From Ginkgo biloba (lineage: Eukaryota > Plantae > Ginkgophyta), in assembly GCA_024626585.2 (NCBI GenBank), contig JANKJI020000004.1:158715498-158734174 (forward strand): a stretch of DNA of 18,677 nucleotides, in the 5' to 3' direction. The position numbers and the translations under genes are program-made. The notes beneath the pieces are model-generated. The model saw only the letters and a program-made list of their open reading frames with translations. It did not search any database and had not been told where the DNA came from. This document shows positions 1 through 9,932 of the stretch, in pieces. How positions within the stretch are numbered: the first letter of the stretch is position 1; each line of letters starts with the position of its first letter.

Positions 1-639
1 CGTGCACTTAACTAGATTTTAATCAAGGAGATCCAAGTACGCTACTTAATTAGAAGACTATTAATAACCTTCTAATTAGCCCTCTAATTGTGGAATTTTA
101 TTTAGAGTAGAGGCTCATATATGGAACTATTAAATATATTTTGGTAGCAAAGCTCTATCAGTCTGACACCTTGGAGGCACAACTAAATTTAAGTACCATA
201 TCTTTAGGTGAAGAGAAATAATGGAGGGAATGCCATACCTTTTTTGTGCAATCTATCTTTTTGGTGAATAATTGGATATAAATTATTGATTAGTTCCAAT
301 TTATAATGCACATTATCATTAGCATTAGTTATCCTATAAAGCCCTTATCATTCATTTCTAATGTGGGTGCTTCTACATTTATTACTATTATCTCAGTGGG
401 CATATGGTGCTTGATGTCTACTATGATGCATCTTTCATATGAGCCTTCTCAAAGCATCCACTCTTATTGGCGATCCTTGTCCTTAGTATTAGGTTTGACA
501 TTGAGCCCCCACCTTACTAATGAGTGATATGCATAATACTCTTCATATCTTGGCCATCAATTTTATACCTCTTGACATTTAAAAAAATAATATGGTCATC
601 CAATTAATTTGATAGTAAATAGTCCATTTTAGCTACAAG

Positions 640-1888
640 TTTGTGGCATTTATGCCATTTAAACTATTGACTTCCTCTTCAAAGGGATCATTGACTTTTA
701 TGACTTTACTCCTATAGTCCCTGGAGGTTTTGAGGAGGCAATTGAATGAACATCAATGAAACTTGCTTGGTCAATATCTCCCTAACTTATCTCCAAGATT
801 TTATAATGGTTACAATGGAGTGTACTATTAATGAAGAACCGCACTTTGAGGTAATGTTTTGAGAATACCATGATGTTTTTATGGGTTGTATTTTGAAATC
901 CATAGAATGGACCCCTTTATTATTATGCACAACATCACCCCTCACCTTGGGATTAAACTTATATGGCAATACCAATGATTGAAGAATACGAAGCTCTCAA
1001 CTACTATCAAAGTAGAAATATAAAAATTGATTGATATGTGATTCATATATCCTAGCAATCACACCTAGTGGGTGAAGAACATAATGGCTACATTAGAAAA
1101 AAATGGCATTATCAAGGTCTATGTTAACTATTGTGACCTAAATAGAGTGTCCCTTAAAGACAACTACTCCAAAGCTTTGATTAGCANNNNNNNNNNTTGT
1201 TAGTTATAAGATCTTGTCTCTTATGGAGAGCTCCTCCTGTTATAACAAAATTCTCATTAATGACAACAATAAGGCTAAGAATGTGTTTACCACTTCCTAT
1301 GATATATTTGTTTACCAAGTTATGCCCTTTGGCCTTTATAATGTAGAGGTCACCTTTTAAAGAGCCATGAATCTTGAAATCCATAATTTGATTGTTGTTG
1401 CTGCCAACATCTATTTGGGTGATCTCTTAGCCAATTCTAAACAATGTTAGGATCACATTTAGTACGTGTAACTATTTTTGGATTGTTGTCATAGATATTG
1501 CATATTGTTAAACTTTGCCAGATATATCTTTATTATCTTAGTAGGTTGCCTTTTAGGATTCATCATTTTTTGCTAGAGTTCTTATTAATCTCAATAAATT
1601 TTAGGTTATCATTAGCATGTCCCTTCAAGGAAGATATATAAAACTTAGAACTTCTATGAAAAGGTTGAATTTTTTAAGTATTTTATTTAAAATTATGATG
1701 ATACATTTGTGGAATTACTACATTTGTTCTAAACAATACCCTCTTCATTAGGGACAATGGGGAGCAAATCGCTTTCATTGAGCTCATGACAACTCTTATC
1801 TACATGCCTCCTAACTTTTCAATAAACCTTGTCTTATATGTATCTTCTTTACATATTATAATTTTAGTCATCCTCATGCAAGAGGGTG
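640..1888 (+). pseudogene. Degenerate Ty3/gypsy (Tat-like, non-chromovirus) pol remnant A: protease-RT linker, reverse transcriptase, start of RNase H
   Basis: Manual translation across stops and frameshifts: INETCLVNIS...EYHDVF...MDPFIIMHNITPHLGIKLIWQ; IKVEI*KLIDM*FIYPSNHT*WVKNIMATLEKNGIIKVYVNYCDLNRVSLKDNY; VMPFGLYNVEVTF*RAM (ATG at 1322); catalytic motif YLGD at 1412-1423 (YLDD mutated); LLGFII; MPPNFSINLVLYVSS...ILMQEG (RNase H start) ending at ~1888. Weaker similarity may extend upstream to ~300. Confidence 0.92.
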
Positions 1889-2339
1889 CTTTTTACACTT
1901 GTTGAGCTTATTTCACACCTCTTGTAGCTTGTTTGTTCTTACACTTTCATTGTATCTTTCTCTCCTTAAGTTTACGCATCATTTACACATTGCCCTTATG
2001 TATAACTCATTCATTTTTATGGTTATTTTATTATGTGGCTCTTTACATCATGTTATCTTACCAAGTAGGCTTTGTGTACACCATTAACTATACATAATCA
2101 TATGTTATTATGCCTATTATATATTTATGTTATACACTCAACCTTGCCTTTGTAATCTTTGTACACATAGGCATATTGCCTAGAGTAAGCCTATATTATT
2201 ATCTTACCTCTAATCATTAAGGTCACGAGGCCTTACTTATCATATTAATCTCTCTTGGGGCTCAAGACCAAGAGGTATGGAGAATCTTTGATCATATTAT
2301 ATCACCTCATTTCATGGCTTATATATTATGGTCATTCTT

Positions 2340-2910
2340 GTTGAAAGATTTTTTAGAAGGCTTGGCTCATTCTTGTTATTCATCATAGGACAAACCATTA
2401 TCAAAATACCATTATATATTATTGAGGTATTAATGGTATTTATCTCACATAGGAGCACTTATTGTGAAGGAGAGAAGGGAGAAGGGTTTATATTCGATGA
2501 AGGAATCAATCCTTGGTTGGTGAGAATATTTCATATGGACACCTTATCCCTATTACTAATCAATGTTCTCTTTGTATCAATTGTATCTCCATATTCATTA
2601 TGTCTCATTTATGTATGTTGCTCCTTCTCAATGCACGATTTCCATTTGATATCATACTTTTTTTCTTATGGAAAATATACTTTGCTTGTATCTCTTGTTG
2701 CACATAGTTTATAGGTTTGGCTATCTCTTAGAGAGAACACATCAAGCCATTTAAGGGAGTGAGCATATATAAGGAAGTATCTTCTTGTATAATGACTTGA
2801 TTCCTCATATCACTGATGTCTTATTTTCATGCGTTAATTCCATTAATTACTCCATCTTGCCTTCACATTCTAAATGGGTAGTTTGGGGCATATACATAAT
2901 TGGTGACTCC
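2340..2910 (+). repeat. Non-coding retroelement-derived segment X, copy 1 (inverted copy at 8190-8750)
   Basis: 2340 gttgaaagattttttagaaggcttggctcattcttgttattcatcatagg vs reverse complement of 8701-8750 gttcaaatattttttagaagatttagctcattcttatcattcatcatata (41/50). The 3' end 2823-2910 matches revcomp of 8190-8278 at about 80% by hand count. The supplied ORFs 2328..2714(+) and 8375..8557(-) share LCLIYVC.FS.HDF. Confidence 0.93.
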
Positions 2911-2933
2911 ACGAGGAATCAAACCAGAATTTC

Positions 2934-3336
2934 TAGTTGTCATTAGGAAAAATCCTATGAAGTCTCTTAAATCTATATGGATATGAACGGATATGTTCTT
3001 TTTCATTATTAGGACAAAGTTAACTTCCCACACTTTATATAAGCAATGGGAAAGATAAAACGAGCATCTAAGAGTTCTTGAACTTCCTTCTTAATAGTTT
3101 CAACCACATGAGGCTTAATAGGACATTATTTTTTGTGGATTGGCCTAGCTTTAGGATAAGTATCTATGTGATAAAAAATGAATTCAAGGTCCATACTAGG
3201 CATCTCATTATAGGTCTAAGAAAAGATGTCTCAGAATTTATTATAAAGAGATTTTGAATTTTTCTCCTCTTGGAGAGTGTAATCAACTCCCATGACTATC
3301 TCTTCTAGTGTGTTAGACTTAAAAATGTTGATGGGG
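2934..3336 (-). pseudogene. Tat-like reverse transcriptase N-terminal half (remnant B), broken at the KDNY-equivalent motif
   Basis: Minus-strand translation: PINIFKSNTLEEIVMGVDYTLQEEKNSKSLYNKF*DIFS*TYNEMPSMDLEFIFYHIDTYPKARPIHKK*CPIKPHVVETIKKEVQELLDARFIFPIAYI/WEVNFVLIMKKNISVHIHIDLRD/..FPNDN, equivalent to the DVFAWSYxEMPG...IKxEVxKLLxAGFI...W..N.V...KK...DFRDLN..PKDN region of gypsy RT. Confidence 0.9.
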
Positions 3337-3753
3337 NNNNNNNNNNNNNNNNNNNNNNNNNNNNNNNNNNNNNNNNNNNNNNNNNNNNNNNNNNNNNNNN
3401 NNNNNNNNNNNNNNNNNNNNNNNNNNNNNNNNNNNNNNNNNNNNNNNNNNNNNNNNNNNNNNNNNNNNNNNNNNNNNNNNNNNNNNNNNNNNNNNNNNNN
3501 NNNNNNNNNNNNNNNNNNNNNNNNNNNNNNNNNNNNNNNNNNNNNNNNNNNNNNNNNNNNNNNNNNNNNNNNNNNNNNNNNNNNNNNNNNNNNNNNNNNN
3601 NNNNNNNNNNNNNNNNNNNNNNNNNNNNNNNNNNNNNNNNNNNNNNNNNNNNNNNNNNNNNNNNNNNNNNNNNNNNNNNNNNNNNNNNNNNNNNNNNNNN
3701 NNNNNNNNNNNNNNNNNNNNNNNNNNNNNNNNNNNNNNNNNNNNNNNNNNNNA

Positions 3754-5040
3754 TAAATTGAGGAACAGATTGTTGTTAAGCATAACCATGTGGCATGGAT
3801 GGACCAATTTGTGCAACATTAGTATGAGGAGATACCAATATTTATTGTAAAGTTACATTTCCAACCTATAAGTTTTGTTGTCCTCCTGAATAGGAAGAAG
3901 TACTAGGTTGTTAAATTCCTTGAGAAGGAACCAATTTCCCTCCGTGATGAGGAGGGGAAGTAACTTGACAAGTTCCTTGTGGAGAAGGAGGAACTTGTTG
4001 CCTTATGGTATGAGGATTTGATTGTTGACTTGTAGAACGAGGAGGAGGGACTTATTGATTTTATGAAGGAGGAGGTACAATTTATTGCCCTCCTTGTTGC
4101 AGAGGAACANNNNNNNNNNNNNNNNNNNNTAATGATACTTATGTAGAACCTCCACAAGGGATAATAATTAGTTGGTTCAGAAATGAAGTATTTTCCCTTA
4201 GTGAATTAACATTAGGATTTATATAAAGCAGGGTATTCCCTTACGTAGGGCCAATTAGATATGGTCCTATGATTGGAATATTGGCTCGAATCAGAGAAGG
4301 ATTGACTTATAGAAATTAATTACTACCATGAGTTTGGGGGTAGGGATGGGGAGTATTGTTGGGGTTAAATTGAGGTGAAAAAATCCCTCCAAAAGGGNNN
4401 NNNNNNNNNNNNCCATTTCATTTGTTGCTGTGAAGGGGCACGTGCGTAGGTGAAGGATTAACAACTACTAGTTGATTTGGTATAGAGTCAATTTCCTCTG
4501 CTCCAACCAACCATACAAAACAATCCACTAGTTGTTGTGCACTAAAAGGATCATTGATTTGATGATCAAAATTTAGATATATGATCCAAAGGATTATCAT
4601 GCTATAGGGATATTTTTATTTGAGAAGGGTTTATTGATGTAGATACCAAAAAGACTATGTATTTCATAGGTGATTGAACGTTTGGATCTTCCTTTGTCTT
4701 AATATATGGTAATGTTGAAGATCCACTGTGAGGGGAATTTGACTCATAGATGTAAAATCCTCATACCTTTTAATCTTTGATGAGAGATCTTTCCTAGATG
4801 GGAAGTCTTGGTCTCCTTGTGTAAAAGGGGCTTATGGTATAGTAGGTGTTATAGTGGCCTTTATATGAGAAGAAAACCTAAATACATTATTTGAAAGATT
4901 GATTGGAGAAGGGGTACTCCTGTTGAAGTAAGGGGGTGAAAGCCTCGATAATCGATACAAAGTCTCAATGTGAGGTACATCAAAATCATGATCAAAAGTG
5001 ATGGGGTAATTTGGGTACCTCATGGGTCTCACACTCCACC
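3754..5040 (-). pseudogene. Probable degenerate N-terminal gag-like, Pro/Gln-rich low-complexity region of the same Tat-like element
   Basis: Same strand as and upstream of RT remnant B. A minus frame at ~4109-4021 reads VPLQQGGQ*IVPPPS*NQ*VPPPRSTSQQ (TAA stops consistent with CAA->TAA). The ORF at 5032-4832 (MRPMRYPNYPITFDHDFDVPHIETLYRLSRLSPPYF...) could be the start. No capsid domain is visible; it may lie in the N gap or be deleted. Confidence 0.5.
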
Positions 5041-5102
5041 AACAGGGGGTTAGTATGCATACATTAATAAATCATCAATAGACATGCATTCATAATGAAT
5101 AG

Positions 5103-6620
5103 ACATTAATTGCTCACGCAAAATTAACAAGGAGACTCATTGCTGAGTACAAAATCTTCATTAAATGCTCATAGTGGTACTACATTGTCATTAATGTCTG
5201 TGTTTGCCTCTCACACTAAGACATGCATTAAATGCTATTGATTGCACTCAGCGCTCACACTGAGCCTTTGACCACGGTTAACCAACAACTTCTTAGGATT
5301 AAATGTTGTTTGTTCTTAGTATTAAATGTGGTTGTACCCTATCATTAAAGGTGACTGTACATTAGCATTTAATGCAGCTATTCTTCATCATTTAATGTGC
5401 TTCTTTGCAGGTACTTATTTATGATCTTTGACCACCAAATTTGACTTTCTTTGACTGACGATGTTGACTATCTAACATATGATTTTGACCAGGTTTGACC
5501 TACAGTTTGACTTCTAATTCCAGGGCTGACATTAGCTTCCAGTTAATGCTAGTTGATGTCCTCTTACTACTGCCACATCATTGATGAATTTGCCAAATCA
5601 CCATTGGACTGCCACATCATCACTTGGCCACCTCATCATTTNNNNNNNNNNNNNNNNNNNNNNNNNNNNNNNNNNNNNNNNNNNNNNNNNNNNNNNNNNN
5701 NNNNNNNNNNNNNNNNNNNNNNNNNNNNNNNNNNNNNNNNNATAACATTAATTACTCATGCACAATTTATGAGGAGACTCAATTTTGGGCACAAAATCTT
5801 CATTAATTGCTCAAATTAAATAGTACATCATCATTAATGTAGCCTTAGCCTCTCGCACTAAGACATGCATTAATTGCACTCATCTACATTTATTCTTAGC
5901 TCTCACACTGAGATATGTAATTAATATTTGGCTCATACAATTTTCAAGGGAGATTGTCTCTCCTATTTATAATTTCCTCTCTCTTCAGTAAATGATAGGG
6001 CATGACTTTTACTAAATTAAGTCATAACCCTTAAATTCGCTCTCTTCATTAAATGTTCCCTTTTTAGGGAATTAAATTTATCCTACTTAGCAATAAATAT
6101 GACTTAGTTTAGCCCTATGTTAGTTTTGGCCAAGTTTGAATGCATCAAACTTGGTCCTTAAGTAATGGTGATATCATAGTTTGGACTTTGGGCTAGCTCA
6201 GGGACATTAACCAGTAATGACCATGTTATAGATACTCCTAGATTAGTTGTCCTTTAGCACTAGATGAGGTTGATATCATCTATCCTTTAGGGTGACTCAT
6301 GTTGATTTGACCAACATTGATCACGTTATAAATTCTCCTTAAGGTCAACTAGCATAATCTTTTACACACCCTAATCGAGGTCGATCATACTTTAGCATTA
6401 AATGTAATTATACACTAGTATTTAATGTGACTATACATTAATAATAAATGGAGTTTTTTGCAAGTTTAACCTACGAATTTGACCAATAACTTTGACTGCC
6501 TTTAACCAGTGAATTCTACTACTGTAGATTCTATTAATTTTGTTGCCACATCATCCTTCATACTACCATGTCATTCTTTAGGCTACCACATCACCATTAA
6601 GGTTGTCACATTATCATTAG
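5103..6620. repeat. Two diverged direct copies of a motif-rich non-coding (LTR/5'UTR-like) segment, ~5103-5640 and ~5745-6620, separated by a 100-N gap
   Basis: 5103-5264 (acattaattgctcacgc...aggagactca...caaaatcttcattaa.tgctca...gcctctc.cactaagacatgcattaa...ctcacactgag) aligns with 5745-5912. Weaker blocks: ~5360-5460 vs ~6390-6520, and 5571-5640 vs 6544-6617. Copy 2 carries ~450 bp of additional sequence. Confidence 0.8.
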
Positions 6621-6696
6621 ACCTTTAACCATGAGGTAAGGCTCTTTTGACTCAGTCAACATCATTTGACTAGATCTTTTGATTATTTTGATATTC

Positions 6697-7020
6697 CTTA
6701 AGGTGGGTTTATCTGTTCTTAAGGTGGTTTTATCTCTTGAAGGTGGTTTTGACCTATTTTAAGGGGGTTTTGCCTCTTCCAAGGCGGTTTGACCTACCTT
6801 AAGGCGATTTTGCCTCTTCCAAGGTTATTTAAATCTACCTTTAAGGAAAGTTTTCCTCTTCTAAGGAGATTTTGACCTACCTTAAGGCAATGTTGCCTGT
6901 TCGAAGGTGGTTTTGGCTTATCTTAAGGCAATTTCACCTCTTGCAAGGTCATTTTGACCTACCTTAAGGTAATTTTTATTCATTCAAGATGGTTTTGACC
7001 TAACTTAAGGAAATTCTGAC
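6697..7020. repeat. Minisatellite with a ~41-bp dimeric unit (21-bp + 20-bp subunits), about 16 subunits
   Basis: Alternating subunits A ~ttaaggcgattttgcctcttc and B ~caaggtggttttgacctacc, e.g. 6780-6841 caaggcggtttgacctacc ttaaggcgattttgcctcttc caaggttatttaaatctacct. Confidence 0.9.
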
Positions 7021-8189
7021 TTGATTTTATCTTCCATTTGTGCCACATCCTTTGTAGATGTCTTATCATCATTTTTTGTCACCAAATGAATCATGTTGTT
7101 AGTTTACGTTATATGTCAGGGACGAATATCCTACAAACAAAAATATGCCCTTAATTCTTATTGTATTAATGGATCTATAATGTCAATAGGTGATAATCCT
7201 CGAATATACCTTGAATATCTAGTGGGATCATATAAAGGCCTATGATGGATTCCAAGCCTAATAGGTCAATGACATGGCTTGGTTAGGTGAGTTATTTTCT
7301 CAAATTAGGTGATAAATATTGTCTTGTAGGCCTTATATCAATGGACCATTTAAAAAAAACAAGGTCCTAAAATAAATAAGAAAATAAATCCAACAAGGGT
7401 AATGCACATGTGGACAAAAGCGGTTTTATTATATTGCATGCTTATTATTAAAGTCAAATTAATGTTTCTTTTAAATTGAAATGTAGATGCAATACAAGTG
7501 GACTTCCNNNNNNNNNNNNNNNNNNNNNNNNNNNNNNNNNNNNNNNNNNNNNNNNNNNNNNNNNNNNNNNNNNNNNNNNNNNNNNNNNNNNNNNNNNNNN
7601 NNNNNNNAATAAATATTCATAGATGAACAAAAATATATGAGAAAAATCTGCATATGATAGTAATTCCAAAAATAGAATTTTTTAGATGATAAAAATAATG
7701 TATGAACCTGTTATATGAAAATTTAAAGTGCCAAACTAAAATAAAACAAAAAAGTGAAAAAAATGGAAAATACCAACCTAAAATAACAAACTTGGGAGTG
7801 GAGATAAATGAGTATAAGCAAAAAAAATGCACAAATCATAAAAGTAGATTTTAAATTTAAAAAAAGAATCTCAAAATACTAAATTAGAAAAATGATTGGC
7901 GTAGTTGTTGAGGAAAAGGTAGAACATGATGAAAACATATGATGCACAGTTCTGGTAAAAGCGCAATATAATAGTAAAAGGTGTAGCATAGGGAGAAAAA
8001 GTTGTAGTATAGTTTGTATAGAAAAATAAGCAAAAAATCTATGAATAATGACTAATCAGACTTATAAAATTGATGTAAATAGAGGTTGCAAATATCATGG
8101 ACTAGTGAGGAATTTCCAAGAGTGTTGTAAAAGGTGAATAAAAACCAATTGTATAATGAAATAATTAATAGAAAGGATATAAAAGCACT

Positions 8190-8750
8190 AGAGTAACCAA
8201 TTATGTTTATGCCAAAAAGTACCCTTGCAAAATATAAAGGCAGGATGGAGCAATTGATGGAATTAACATATGAAAATATTGGATGAGTTTGATGGTAGAT
8301 GAAGTCCTTATGTAAGAAGATACTCCCTTGTATGTTCTTTCTCCTTACTCCCTAGGATGGCTTGATGTAAAATCCTATAAAGATAACCAAACTTGTAAAA
8401 TGTATACAACAAGAGATGTAAGAAAAGTATATGTGCCATGAGGAAATAAATATGCTAGTATAATAAAATCATGTATTGAGAAGGTATAACATACATAAAT
8501 GAGACACAATTGATGCAAACAGAAAATCAATTCATAATGGAGACAAGGTGGCTGCATGAAATATTTTCACCAAGTAAAGATTTATACCTTGGATGGATAC
8601 AAACCATTCTCCCTTCTCTTCTTCACAATAATAACCCCTATATGAGATGAACGCTATCGATGCCTCAATAGAATACAATGCTATTATGATAATATTTTTC
8701 TATATGATGAATGATAAGAATGAGCTAAATCTTCTAAAAAATATTTGAAC
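8190..8750 (-). repeat. Segment X, copy 2 (inverted relative to 2340-2910)
   Basis: Reverse complement aligns with 2340-2910 at about 80% in the two blocks counted by hand. Homology stops at 8190 and 8750. Confidence 0.93.
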
Positions 8751-9832
8751 CATACCATACTAGTCATTGATTAAATAATAGATTCAATGGTTGGGCATGA
8801 ATTTTTGTCCTTAATAAATGGATTTTTAGGCTATAATTGTATTCTTATAGATAAAATGGATCATATGAAAATAACATTTACTCTCTATAGGGAACATTTT
8901 AATAACTTCTTATGCCCTTTGGTTTGATAAATGCTAGGGCCACATATCAAAAGGCCATGACTAGGGCATTTTACAATTTTCTACACACTTATGTCATTGC
9001 TATTTCATAACTATTTCAATGTCGTACATATTAATTTTTGAATTATTTAATATGTAACACATTATCCTTTAACCCACACAAATGTATTTGTTCTATATAC
9101 CACCTTGATTATATTATTTTCAACCAAAGAATACATGTTGACCCTACAAAAGTCGCAATTATTGTGGATATGCCCCCACCTAAAAACTTGATGCAAATCA
9201 AATCTTTCATAGGAAAGATTGGCTATATGTGAAAAACTTAAAAAATATTTCTATCCCTTTACATCACTTGTCCAATGAAAACACCCCTTTTTAATTAGAT
9301 TTCAAAGCCCAAAATGCTTTTGATAACCTTAATCAAGCCCTATTTTTTTTTCTCTCGTCCTTATGCCACCATATTTTTCTAAATATTTTATCCTTTACAT
9401 ATGATGTGGCCATAAAAGGGGCTATTATGTAAGAGGGTCAAATTTGCATTTAACATGTAATACATTATGTGAGAAATCCCTTAGTTATTAATAGAACTAT
9501 CTTGATATAGATAGATAATGCCTTGTAATTGTGCATGTAACTAAGGGGTTAAGGCATTATATGCTATATANNNNNNNNNNNNNNNNNNNNNNNNNNNNNN
9601 NNNNNNNNNNNNNNNNNNNNNNAATTTGGATGTTGAATTATTATCCTTCAATATTTTACACTTGATCTTGTACATCCCAAAGATAAGATGGACACAAGTT
9701 TAGTTAATATCCTTGTTAACTCCTAACCTATACCTTAAGCTCCTATTCCAATGATTAATGCTTTTCTCCTAGATGATACTCTTATTTCAGATGAAGATGA
9801 GTGTTTTGGATACATTATTAGATATTTAAGAG
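8748..9832 (+). pseudogene. Tat-like RT C-terminal half, RNase H and probable start of integrase (remnant C)
   Basis: NHTILVID*IIDSMVGHEFLSLINGFLGYNCILI...MPFGLINARATYQKAMTRAF (ATG at 8912). The YxDD region is missing (small deletion near 8990). Then LSFNPHKC...IHVDPTKVAIIVDMPPPKNLMQIKSFIGKIGY; LMPPYFSKYFILY; KGLRHYML; after the gap *IIILQYFTLDLVHPK...DDTLISDEDECFGYIIRYLR. Confidence 0.9.
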
Positions 9833-9932
9833 NNNNNNNNNNNNNNNNNNNNNNNNNNNNNNNNNNNNNNNNNNNNNNNNNNNNNNNNNNNNNNNNNNNN
9901 NNNNNNNNNNNNNNNNNNNNNNNNNNNNNNNN

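Noticed and set aside
150-245. Minus-strand RYGIPSII, resembling the integrase RYGIP..IISDNG motif
   Set aside because: No SDNG or flanking integrase motifs could be recovered in nearby frames.
2328-2714. 128-aa hydrophobic ORF with a paralogous ORF at 8375-8557(-)
   Set aside because: It lies in a T-rich non-coding repeat. The shared peptide reflects the DNA-level inverted duplication, the frame is not preserved over the full length, and no domain is recognisable.
3292-3819. Longest supplied ORFs (154 and 166 aa) and other X-containing ORFs
   Set aside because: They are artefacts of translating through N gaps.
6697-7020. CRISPR-like periodicity
   Set aside because: The units are contiguous degenerate tandem repeats without unique spacers, there are no cas genes, and the context is eukaryotic.
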